Below, piece after piece: positions 13,526 through 24,610 of a stretch of 64,000 nt of DNA. The notes under the pieces were generated by a model, which saw only the letters and a program-made list of their open reading frames with translations, searched no databases and had not been told where the DNA came from. Origin of the DNA: Hypanus sabinus (taxonomy: Eukaryota); the NCBI RefSeq assembly GCF_030144855.1, contig NC_082707.1, positions 122,946,001-123,010,000 on the forward strand, read 5' to 3'. The translations under genes and the position numbers were made by a program. Positions within the stretch are counted from its first letter, which is position 1. Each line of letters opens with the position of its first letter.

Positions 13526-13816
13526 TTTTTTTAATTGATTTTTTAATGCATTTTCTACAACACTACAAATAAAAAAAACAAACCAAAATAAAAAATTAAT
13601 ACAGTGCAAAATAAACATACAATAATATAATAGAAAAAAGATAATTGAGAAAGCACCCAAATTGAAGTCATGTAAAGTTAGTGTCCTCCCCAAGCCCCAT
13701 GACAAAAAAAAAACTCCAGACCAACCACAACAAAATATAGAGAATATAAATCAGGACATTCAAACCCTCAAAACTGTAAATACACTTGAAAACAGAAGAT
13801 AATAATGCCTACTACT
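13526..13816 (-). mobile_element. Poly(A)-tailed L1-like 3' UTR fragment inserted in the PLE plus arm
   Basis: T-run at the left end; 14-bp TSD cccctccccttctt at 13512-13525 and 13817-13830. Confidence 0.8.
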
Positions 13817-14530
13817 CCCCTCCCCTTCTTACCCCATCCCTTATTTATTGATTTATTTATTTTCTTTCCCCTTTTTTTTCTTTTCTCTCTTTTTTCTCTA
13901 GGTGTCCCTCTCACAATCACTCCTTGCCTGTTCTCCATCTCCCTCTGGTGCTCCCCTCTCTCTTTCTTTCTCCTTCGGCCTCCCATCTCATGATCCTTTC
14001 CCTTCTCCAGCTCTGTGTCCCTTTTGCCAATCACCTTTCCAGCTCTCAGCTTCACCCTCCCCCTCCAGTCTTCTCCTATCATTTTGGATTTCCCCCTCCC
14101 CCTCCCACTATCAAATCTCTTACTATCTCTTCCTTCAGTTAGTCCTGACGAAGGGTCTCGGCCCAAAAAGTCAATTTGTACTTCTTCCTATAGATGCTTC
14201 CTGGCCTGCTGCATTCCACCAGCATTTTGTGTGTGTTGCTTGAATTTCAAGCATCCGCCAATTTCCTCGTGTAATGGTTTTGTTGGTTGTGTATCTCCTT
14301 CACACCCTGCTTCCCAGTAGCGCTGTTATGTTACAGAGCTCTTAATTCTACCTCTTTCACTCATTCTATTATTGTCACTTAAGCATTCCTCTTCACACCA
14401 CTTCAGACTTCACTGTAATCGATCCACTTTAACGTGGTTTGTGCTTGTCACTGTACTACCATGTACACTGTTTACCTTGTGAGGGTACAAGGAGCAATTA
14501 GTTTCATTGCGCCCTGATGCTTATAACAAT

Positions 14531-15293
14531 CGTAATCCCCTGCTTAAGATTTTTACTGCTATGCTGTAGGTATTTCATTTTATCAGCTCTTTAAGAGCAA
14601 TCTATTCTGCTTTCAGCTTGTTTGGGTTTGAGCTAAGATAAGAGGCTCATTATTCAGTTTGGGAATGTGCTGTCAGCCAATCAGAATGGTGGAATTGGGA
14701 GAAAGACCTGGAGAATGCTCGGTTGAAGATCTTTGTTGGCGGGAGCTGGAAGGAGACAGCAGGAAAAGATGGCTGAGGACGTTGTCCCTGTTGCACAAGG
14801 TGCTTTGTGCAGATGAATGGCCTCAGAATGGAAGAACCAATACTCCTGTGGGAGACCTGTTTGTTCAAGAGGGATTTCGAGTGATGTTTGGAAGATGGTG
14901 TGTGCTTTCACACAGACCAAAGGTCCAGCACGTGAGTGACAGACAAGTTCAAGGTAAGCTCCAATTTAAGTGCTTAAGAGTTATGGACCATTTTCGTTTA
15001 TTTTTCTTTCTTTCATTTCATAATTGCTTGCTTAAGTTAACATTATTAAGCATACTTTATAAATTGTATGGAGTTTAAGATCTGTTAATTCTTGCCAAGG
15101 GGAGTAAATCACACAGTACTCACACAAACCGGGGTTTGGGTGAGCGAGGCATTCCACACTCACGGATTTTGTGGGACCAAAGTTGTATACATCCACGATG
15201 TATGAAGGCTGAGAAAGCTGGGTTTATCACCCTGGACTAGAGAGAGGACAACGAGCTGTGTTTCCAGAGATGCCCAGGAAGAAAGGGGTTTCA
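14531..15293 (+). mobile_element. Solo LTR (~760 bp)
   Basis: Termini (c/t)gtaatcccc ... ggggtttca; 4-bp TSD caat at 14527-14530 and 15294-15297; interrupts a ...acaataaac tail. Confidence 0.7.
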
Positions 15294-16129
15294 CAATAAA
15301 CTAATCTGAGTCTGAATGTTATATCTTTCCCTCACTGTTATATGTTATGTTTCTCCCAAAATTTAAGAAAAAAGTTGCTGAACTCATGTTTTATTTACAT
15401 TTGGAATATCTTGTTAGCTTCAGTGATCCTGGTGTCTTTCATTAATTGTTAAAATGGAAGTAACTTGAGATTATGTCTAAAGCAAGGAAGGGTAAGTGCC
15501 TGGAGGCAGAAAATGGCAAGTCCATAATTGGATGAATTTTCATTCAGTTCTGAGGGATATCCTGGGGCAATATGGCATTCTCAAACAAAGTGAAATGTTT
15601 AAATATTACAAAGCATGACTTCTCACTTATGCATAAAAATACCATGATTTTTACTAATATGGAATCAATTTGAAATATTTTGGAAATATTTCAAATTTAT
15701 TACAAGCCAAAGTGAATGAATCAGGACCTAGGGAACCTGATCATCTGATCAACTCCTGCCAACTTCTCCATCTACTCCAGCACAGCATTTGCCCATCTCA
15801 CTCTCACTCCAGTTGGAGTAGAATTACCTCAGTGTATGGAAATCAAGAAGAAAAGTTGCAGGTATTGGAATTCAGAAACAAAATGCAGAAAGTACTGGGA
15901 AGATTCAGCTAGTCAGGAAGCACCCATGGAAAGGGACTCAACATTATCATTTCAGGCTGAGGACCCACTGTCAGAACTGGGAACATGAAGAAAACAGGTT
16001 TGTCTTAAATTGCAGATAAGGCAGTGGGGGTACATTTGTTAACTGTTGCTCTCTCTATGGATCCTGTCTAAACAGCTGAATGCTTCCAGCATTCTGCACT
16101 TCGAATAACAATTAATACAGCATTATTTT

Positions 16130-17860
16130 ATCCATAAGATATAGGAGCAGTATTAGGCCATTTGGTCCATCAAGTATGCTCCACCATTTCATCTTAGCTG
16201 TTCCAATTTTCCTCTCAGCCCCAGTCTCCTGCCTTCTCCCCATATTCCTACATATCCTGACCAAACACGAATCTATCACCCTCTGCCTTAAATATACATA
16301 AAGACTTGGCCTTGCCAGCTGCCTGTGGCAAAGAATTCCACAGATCCACCCCGGCTCAAAAGAGGGGAGCCATGGAGTCATGTGTAGCCAGCCATCTGGA
16401 CACAAGCTGGGGTCTGATCAGCCCCGGCTGGGTCACCTGGAGAAGGGTGTATGATGTTGAAAGACCCGAAACACCCGATGATTCCAGGAACATCACTGAT
16501 GATGTGTCCAGAAGCATCAGTAGATGTATGCACACAGCAAGGCTTGGCCTCCCCAGCTGCCTGTAGCAAAGAATTCCACAGATCCACCACTTTCTGGCTG
16601 AAAAAATTCCTCCTCAGCTCCGTTCTAAAAGGACGCCCCTCCATTCTGAGGCTGTGTCCTCTGGTCCTAGACTCTCCCACCATAGGAAACATCCTCTCCA
16701 TCAAGGCCTTTCATCATTCGATAGGATATTAGTCCCCCTCCAGTTCAGGTACAACTGGTTCCTTCTGTACAGGTCCCACCTTCCCTGGAATAGAGTCTAA
16801 TGATCCAAACATCTTATGCCCTCCTTCCTACACCAACTCCTTAGCCACGTATTACACTGTATAACCTTCCTAGTTCTAACCTCACTAGCACGTGGCACAG
16901 GTAGAAATCCTGAGGTCACAACCCTGGAGGCCCTGTCCTTTAACTTAGCACCTAACTCTCTGAACTCCCTGTGTAGAACCTTGTCATTGACCTACCATAT
17001 CATTGTTACCTACATGGACCACAACTTCCAACTGTTCATTGCCCACTTAAGAATGCCGAGATATCCTGGACCCCAGCACCCAGCAGGCACCATTCCATCT
17101 GGGAATCTTGTTCTTGCTCACAGAACATTCTGTCCTTTCTGCTAACTAATGAATCCCCTATCACCACAGTGTGCCTCTTCTCCCCCTTCTCGTCTGAGTC
17201 TCAGACCCAGCCACTGTGACTCATCTCTATTAGGTCGTCTCCACTGACACTATCAACGTGGTATACCTATTGTTGAGTGGGGTGGCCACAGGGTACTCTG
17301 CACTGGTTCCTTGACTCCTTTCCCCTTCCTGACTGTCACCCATTTCCTATGTCCTGCACCTTGGGTATAACTATCTATCATGCCTTGAGCCTCCCAAATA
17401 ATCCAGAGTTCATCCAGTTCCAGCTCCAACTCCTTAACCCAATTTGCTGGAAGCAGCAGCTCGATGTATTTCTTGTGATTGTAGTCAATCGGGACACTAG
17501 AGGTCTCCCTGCCTTGCCACCTCCTACAAGAGGAGCATTTCTCTATCCTGCCTGTCATCCCCACTGTCCCTAGCTGGGCAGATATAAAGAGAACAGAAAA
17601 ACTTGAGCTTTTCTCTGCTTTGCTTTCTCTGAATGAAGCCTCTCTTCTCTGAAGCCTCAAAGAGCTAAAGCCTCAAGATCATCACTCTATGTCCACTCAG
17701 GCAATGACCACTGTGATGATGGCTGCTGCACGCCCCAGAGTTCCTTTAATTTGCTCTTACTATGACCCACCGCTGCATCTTATCCTCAGGCAGAGCATCA
17801 GATTCAAGTCCCCTCCTCTCCAAACTTCCAACGTCTGGATTGGCTGCTGGTCAAAGCTCC
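16130..17860 (-). mobile_element. Internally deleted CR1 (5' region + ORF1 zinc-finger/leucine-zipper remnant joined to 3' end)
   Basis: KCSSCRRW...VKELELELDELWII ORF1 motif; RMFPMVGESRTRGHSLR...RRNFFSQKVVDLWNSL ORF2 C-terminus. Confidence 0.8.
16351..16538 (+). mobile_element. HERO/NeSL-like non-LTR retrotransposon 3' end
   Basis: Begins RLKRGEPW, then a structured UTR gacccgaaacacccgatga...catcactgatgatgtgtcc; flanked by a 50-bp duplication. Family call is from recall. Confidence 0.55.
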
Positions 17861-17868
17861 ATTATCCA

Positions 17869-20249
17869 ACACACACAAAATGCTGATGGAACACAGCAGG
17901 CCAGGCAGCATCTATAAGGAGAAGCACTGTCAACGTCTCGGGCCGAGACCCTTCGTCAGAACTAACTGAAAGGAGAGATACTAAGAGATTTGAAAGTAGT
18001 GGGGGGAGGGGGAAATGCGATATGGTAGGAGAAAACTGGGGGGGGGGGGGATGAAGCTAAGAGCTGGAAAGGTGATTGGCGAAAGTGTTACAGAGCTGGA
18101 GAAGAGAAAGGATCATGGGACGGGAGGCCTCAGGAGAAAGAAAGGGGGAGGGGTGAAGCACCAGAGGGAGATGGAGAACAGGCAGAGTGATGGGCAGAGA
18201 GAGAGAAAAAAACAAACAACTAAATATGTCAGGGATGGGGTAAGAAGGGGAGGAGGGGCATTAACGGAAATTAGAGAAGTCAATGTTCATGCCATCAGGT
18301 TGGAGGCTACCCAGCCGGTATATAAGGTGTTGTTCCTCCAACCTGAGTTTGCATTCATCTTGACAGTAGGGAAGGCCATGGATAGACATATCAGAATGGG
18401 ACGTGGAATTAAAATGTGTGGCCACTGGGAGATCCTGCTTTCTCTGGTAGACTGAGCGTAGGTGTTCATCAGACTGGGAGGTGGTCTCCCAGTCTGCGTC
18501 GGGTCTCACCAATATATAAAAGGCCACACCAGGAGTACCAGATGCAGTATACCACACCAGCTGACTCACAAGTGATGTATCGCCTCACCTGGAAGGACTG
18601 TCTGGGGCCCTGAATGGTGGTGAGGGAGGAAGTATAAGGGCAGGTGTAGCACTTGTTCCGCTTACAAAGATAAGTGCCAGGAGGGAGATCGGTGGGAAGG
18701 GATGGGGGGGATGAGTAGACAAGGGAGTCATGTAGGGAGCGATCCCTGCGGAAAGCAGAAAGAGGTGGGAGGGCAAGATGCGCATGGTAGTTGGAGGTGG
18801 TGGAAGTCACAGAGAATTATACATTGGACCTGGAGGCTGGTGGGGTGGTAGGTGAGGACAAGGGGAACCCCATCCTGAGTAGGGTAGTGGGCGGATGGGG
18901 TGAGGGCAGATGTGCAGGAAATGGGAGAGATGCGTTTGAGAGCAGAGTTGATGGTAGAAGAAGGGAAGCCCCTTTGTTTAAAAAAAGGAAGACGTCTCCT
19001 TCATCCTGGAATGAAAAGCCTCATCCTGAGAGCAGATGCGGCAGAGAGGGAGGAATTGTGAGAAGGGGATAGCATTTTTTCAAGAGACAGGGTGGGAAGA
19101 GGAATAGTCCAGGTAGCTGTGAGAGTCTGTAGGCTTATAGTAGGTATCAGTAGATAAGCTGTCTCCAGAGATGGAGACAGAAAGATCAAGAAAGGGGAGA
19201 GGTGTGTCAGAAATGGACCAGGTAAATTTGAGGACAGGGTGAAAGTTGGAGGCAAAGTTAATAAAGTCAACGAGCTCAGCATGCGTACAGGAGGCAGCAC
19301 CAATGCAGTCGTCGATGTAGCTTTCCACAGGGATCGCTCCCTACACGACTCCCTTGTCCACTCATTCCCCCCATCCCTTCCCACCGATCTCCCTCCCGGC
19401 ACTTATCCTTCTAAGCGGAACAAGTGTTACACCTGCCCTTACACTTCCTCCCTCACCACCATTCAGGGCCCCAGACAGTCCTTCCAGGTGAGGCAACACT
19501 TCACCTGTGAGTCGGCTGGTGTGGTATACTGCGTCCGGTGCTCCCGGTGTGGCCTTTTATATATTGGTGAGACCCAACACAGACTGGGAGTCTGTTTCGC
19601 TGAACACCTATGCTCTGTCCACCAGAGAAAGCAGGATTTCCCAGTGGCCACACATTTTAATTCTACCTCCCATTCCCATTCTGATATGTCTATCCATGGC
19701 CTCCTCTACTTTTAAGATGAATCCACACTCAGGTTGGAGAAACAACACCTTATATACCGACTGGGTAGCCTCCAATCTGATGGCATGAACATTGACTTCT
19801 CTAACTTCCGTTAATGCCCCTCCTCCCCTTCTTACCCCATCCCTGACATATTTAGTTGTTTGTTTGTTTATTTTTCTCTCTCTCTGCCCATCACTCTGCC
19901 TGTTCTCCATCTCCCTCTGGTGCTCCCCCCTCCCCCCTTCTTTCTCCTGAGTCCTCCTATCCCATGATCCTTTCCCTTCTCCAGCTCTGCATCACTTTCG
20001 TCAATCAGCTTTCCAGCTCTTAGTTTCATCCCACCCCCTCTGGTCTTGTCCTATCATTTCACATTTCCCCCTCCCCCCACTACTTTCAAATCTCTTACTA
20101 TCTTTCCTTTCATTTAGTCCTGACGAAGGGTCTCGGCCCGAAATGTCGACAGTGCTTCTCCTTATAGATGCTGCCTGGCCTGCTGTGTTCCACCAGCATT
20201 TTGTGTGTGTTGTTTGAATTTCCAGCATCTGCAGATTTCCTCGTGTTTA
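17869..20249. mobile_element. Penelope-like inverted composite 2: minus arm 17869-19320, plus arm 19320-20249
   Basis: Minus arm starts at the RT YIDD motif; both arms carry GIY-YIG and the 3' terminus; TSD ctccattatcca (17857-17868) / ctctattatcca (20250-20261). Confidence 0.92.
20116..20151 (+). ncRNA. Minimal type I hammerhead ribozyme motif (best preserved copy)
   Basis: gtc CTGACGA a gggtctcggccc GAAA tGTC gac: both core boxes, stem II, stem I gtc/gac, GUC cleavage triplet. Confidence 0.7.
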
Positions 20250-21019
20250 CTCTATTATCCAGTTGGCTGGAGTTCAGGTGAACAACTTTGAACTTGGCAA
20301 ACCTTCAGTCTGGCTGAGCTGCTGGTCAAGATATTCATCTGGAGAACGTGAGAAGACCCACAACACTTTGCAGACAAGTTATTATTCGCCTGAAGTAGAT
20401 ATTCCCCTTGAACAGCTAATCCATAGGAATAGCTTTACAAAGAGTGCTTGAAGTTGAACACTGTTTAGCCAGTCTGCTGACTTTTAATTTCAGTGGAAAA
20501 TTAAGCAGCATATCTTGTCTCTCTAAATGCTTACACAATTGGCAAAAATTAGAAGTTAATCATAAGAATTAATTATTGCTTTGCTGTCATACTTGATGTT
20601 ATCTCTGCCAAGTGAGCATGGACTAATGGCACGTTTTACTCGTGCATGGTGTAATGGCAAAGGACTAAGTTCATGGATAACCACTTAAGTGACATATCCA
20701 CACCACTTCCAGCAGGCACTGTAGTCAGCATCTTTTCAGTAATTCAGATAGGGAACATCTTCAGCAATACGTCAAAATATAGGCTATCTAAATGTGATAA
20801 AAGATATATTTTATTAAAATTGGGTATACTGTAAACGCAATGACCCTTTTTTGATAAATAGAGCATTTGATTCCAAAGACTATTTATTATGCTGCTTCTT
20901 CAAATTCATTGACAATATTATATACTGTTCTTGTTTCGTCAAAAGCAGGCAATCTTTTTAGTTATTGAACAACTTATTTCTGTGATAAAGTGTCATCAAA
21001 CTGCCAGTGGAATTTAAAT

Positions 21020-21420
21020 TCATAGTCATAGAAAACTACAGCATAGAAACAGGCCATTCAGCCTATCTAGTCTGGGCCAAAACATTTAAGCCACCTAGCC
21101 CCATCAACCTGCACCTAGACCATAGTCCTCCATACCCCTGCCTTTCATGTACCTATCCAAACTTCTCTTAAGTGTTGAGATCGAAATCACATCCACCACT
21201 TGCACTGGCAGCTTGTTCCACACCCTCGCCACTTTCTAAGTGGAGAAATTTCCCCTCATGATCCCCTTAAAAAATTCACCTATCAGCCTTAACCCATGAC
21301 CTCCAGTCATAATCTTACCCAATCTCAGTGGAAAAAGCTTGCTTGTATTTACCCTATCTATAATTCTCATAATTCTGCGTACATCTGTCAAATTCCCTCT
21401 CATGCTTCTGCATCCTAGAG
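21020..21420 (-). mobile_element. CR1 3' fragment
   Basis: catagtcatagaaaactacagcatagaaacaggcc tail typical of these CR1 ends. Confidence 0.7.
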
Positions 21421-21439
21421 AAATAAGTCAGTTGGTTGG

Positions 21440-21520
21440 GTGCATTGGTAGCTCAGTGTTTTGCATAACACTGGTACAGTGTCAGGGACCCAGGTTCGAT
21501 TCCTCCACTGTCTGTAAGCA
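21440..21520 (+). mobile_element. tRNA-derived SINE head, followed by a PLE 3' end fragment (21521-21645, minus)
   Basis: A-box-like tagctcagtg and B-box ggttcgattcc. Confidence 0.6.
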
Positions 21521-21759
21521 TAAACACAGGAGATTCTGCAGATGCTGGAAATCCAGAGTAACACACACAAAATGCTGGAGGAATTCAGCAGGCCAGGCAG
21601 CATCTCCAGCAAGAAGAGGAATGAACAGTCAATGTTTTGGGCTGTTTCAAAGCACTTATCTCTAATAGGGTGAGGGCAGTGTTGCCATAGAGATAAACAA
21701 GATCACCCAGTCAGTGGTTAATGGAAGTAGACCACACTATACCACCCCCAGCTGCTCCC

Positions 21760-22190
21760 CTTTCCCTTTCTCCATTTTGAATATTCCCTTAGCCATTCCC
21801 TGGTCCATTCTTCCATCCATCAACCACTCTCTCCCTGTCTTATACACATTCCCACGCACTTCAGCACATTGAACACCTCCATCCCGTCATGCATAAATCC
21901 AAAGAGAAGAAGCAGGCATTCACTTGGATTTCTTCCAAGTAGTGGGCTGCACCTGGTTCTTGCAAGGTGCTTTCCTCTCCACTGGAGAAACCAAATATAG
22001 ATTTGCAGATTACCCTGAGCTCTCTGCTACCTTTGATTTTAACTTTTCACCCGATTCCCATTCAGCCCTATTTGTCTCTGGCATTATAAATAGACCCAAA
22101 ATACACTTGAGGAGCAACACATCATCTGTCTCAGCATTTTACAGTGTTCCACACAGCATATTACATTTCACAACATTAGATGACTTGCTT
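21760..22190 (+). mobile_element. Old Penelope-like GIY-YIG fragment
   Basis: LSTGETKYRFADY aligns by eye with LYIGETRRRLGD of the younger copies. Confidence 0.55.
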
Positions 22191-22777
22191 TTTCTGCCAG
22201 AGTCAGAAGCTGCCAGTCTATCTGTAACCAGCTCAGTTTTCCTTTTGCTTTAGGTGGCCAGGTCCGTCTTATATATCCTGAGAGGTAAGTGTCTGCTGGC
22301 GCCCAAAGGTAAGAGATCTGCCCCAGAATGGACATGACAAACCCCTTCACCAGAGGGACTACCAGTCCCTGGACACCCCATACAACCCACCACGTACACA
22401 TTCTAAAGGTCATTTATAGTGGGCAATTGACTTCTGGTAATGAGTACTGTTATGTTCCATAACTCCAGAAACTAATCAAAGGAAAAATGTGGGAGCCGGT
22501 ATACATTTTGACTACTCTGTTTCTATTTAGTGAAACGCTCAGATATGATGTGCTGGAGTTATAATGTATGCCATTCACATACTTCTTACATGTAACCTGT
22601 AATGCATTATGTAAGCAAACAAAGAATGTTTAATCAAACAATACGTTTACAATATTACTCAAGTATTAAATAATAAATGGTCAACACTCCTCCCTGCTTA
22701 GCTATAAACTCCAACTCAATACAGAATGCATCTGAACTCGGGTATGTAATGTATTGCTCTCTAGTAATGTATACATA

Positions 22778-23362
22778 TGAGGGGTGATTGATAAGTTCAG
22801 GGCCCAAGGTAGAAGGAGTCAATTTTAGAAAATCTAGCTCACTTATTTTTTAACATAGTCCTCTCCTACATTTACACACTTAGTCCAGCGGTCATGGAGC
22901 ATACGGATCTGGGGCCTCCAGAAAGTGTCCAGTTGGGTGATTGATATGTTCGTAGCCTAAGGTAGAAGGAGATGAGTTATACAGCTCTTGTTACATGCAC
23001 ATGCAGGTCAACTGTGAGTGATTATGCAGAAAGTTTGAAGTTAATAACTCATCTCCTTCTACATTAGGCCACAAACTTATCAATCACCCTGATGATTTAT
23101 TAACTTCAAACTTTCTGCATAATCACCCAAAGTGTTGAACTGCATGTACATGTAAAGAGAGTTGTATAACTCATCTCCTTTTACCTTAGGCCACAAACTT
23201 ATCAATCACCCATCTGGACACTTTCTGGAGGTCCAAGATCCGTATGCTCCAACACCGCTGGACTAAGTGTGTAAATGTAGGAGAGGACTATGTTGAAAAA
23301 TAAATGTGTTAGGTTTTCTAAAATTGACTCCTTCTACCTTAGGCCATGAAGTTATCAATTAC
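22778..23362. mobile_element. Mariner-type palindromic MITE
   Basis: TA + gaggggtgattgataagtt terminus; the second half is the reverse complement of the first; five copies of the TIR motif. Confidence 0.85.
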
Positions 23363-23363
23363 T

Positions 23364-23420
23364 GTATGTGTGTGTGTGTGTGTGTGTGGATATATGCATA
23401 TATATAATGTATGTGTGTGT
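23364..23420. repeat. (TG)n/(TA)n microsatellite
   Basis: Direct observation. Confidence 0.9.
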
Positions 23421-23432
23421 AATAAATAGTAA

Positions 23433-24610
23433 CACCCTATCCTCATTATATGCGCCTTCAGAAAATGAGGATTCACCGTTATGCGATGAACCTATTTCTA
23501 CCGATGTCTCCTAATATGTGTCCAGAACTCAGAATTATGCGAGGAGCACTGCTTTCCCGCCAATACAAGTCATGTGTGCACGCCTCACAGTCTCACTCCT
23601 GGCAGCCTCGCATTGGTTTTGGCAAGGTATGGATGTGCGATCTTGCGCTCTTAAACTTTTGTTGGTTTTACCCACAGTGCAGTGAGTTTGTGCTTGAAAT
23701 ATTTAACTATGCTTCCTAAGCATCCGATGTCATGTACTGAGCCATCAGCCGAGCGGCAGAGAACCACTTTAACACTCCAAAAAATTGGAAATTATAAACA
23801 GCGCAGCATCAGCTGAAGGTAATACAGCTCTGGGATGCTACTGCTGGGAACAGAATTTTGCCTTTAAAGTTCTCCTGTTGCTTGACAATGTGCCAGCCCA
23901 TCCTAAATATTTGGACAGCATTCATCCTAACATAACTGCATTTCCTTCCACCTAACACATCGCTGATTCAGCCAGTCAACCAAGGTGTGATCCACATTCA
24001 AGGTGTATTTTTTTTTACAGCGAACCATCTCTCAGATGCTGCAAGCAACAGACGATTTTGATCCCGGGAGGAGCGTTCCCTGCCATCAACCCTTCTTCCC
24101 GACAAGCAAATTTATGCTGAAAAACAAAATGCTGCCAAGCAAACAACCCTCACCACTTTCTTCAAACCAGTGTCATCTCCTGCTGCCAGCAGTTCCAAAA
24201 GTTCTGTGAGTCTTCCTTCACCTCTTGCTGTGCTTGATATGATCCTGATGACCACAACCATCCACCTTATCCATGTAAAGCAGCCCAACACCACTACAAC
24301 CACTCATCTCGCAGACAGAACACAACTGCCACTGTTGGTGAGTACTGTACACCCTAGTATGTTAACTTACTATGATTTATTACATTGAATATTACCTTAC
24401 ATTGATGAAATATAATACGAATGTTGCCTTGTGGTACTGCTTTTGTGTCGTATTGGTATGAAAATGTGAATAAATTACAGATAAACCGTATTTAGGAAGC
24501 CCTCTGGAACACATCCTATTTTCTCCACTTAAATAATTATTCACATTATGTGTTTTCATGTTATGTCGACTGCGAGGAATGTATCCACTGCATATAAAGA
24601 GGATAGGGTG
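23433..24610 (+). mobile_element. Tigger/pogo DNA transposon, internally deleted
   Basis: TIRs caccctatcctcattatatgc / gcatataaagaggatagggtg followed by TA; DDE remnant FKVLLLLDNVPAHP and TSLIQPVNQGVI at ~23860-24000. Confidence 0.88.

Larger units (their letters stand above)
11266..14271. mobile_element. Penelope-like inverted composite 1: minus arm 11266-12823, plus arm 12821-14271
   Basis: Both arms encode GIY-YIG (GVVYCVRCSRCDLLYIGETRRRLGDHFTEH); the minus arm also has RT C-terminal PFLDLSV and YYKPTDSH; TSD taatagttttgttg (11252-11265) / taatggttttgttg (14272-14285). Confidence 0.92.

Noticed and set aside
11266-14271. Inverted doublet as an assembly artefact, since it contains an N gap.
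   Set aside because: The arms differ by many substitutions, one arm has its own nested insertion, a TSD is present, and the gap-free doublet 2 has the same design.
21440-21520. tRNA gene.
   Set aside because: A and B boxes are present but there is no convincing cloverleaf; context fits a SINE head.
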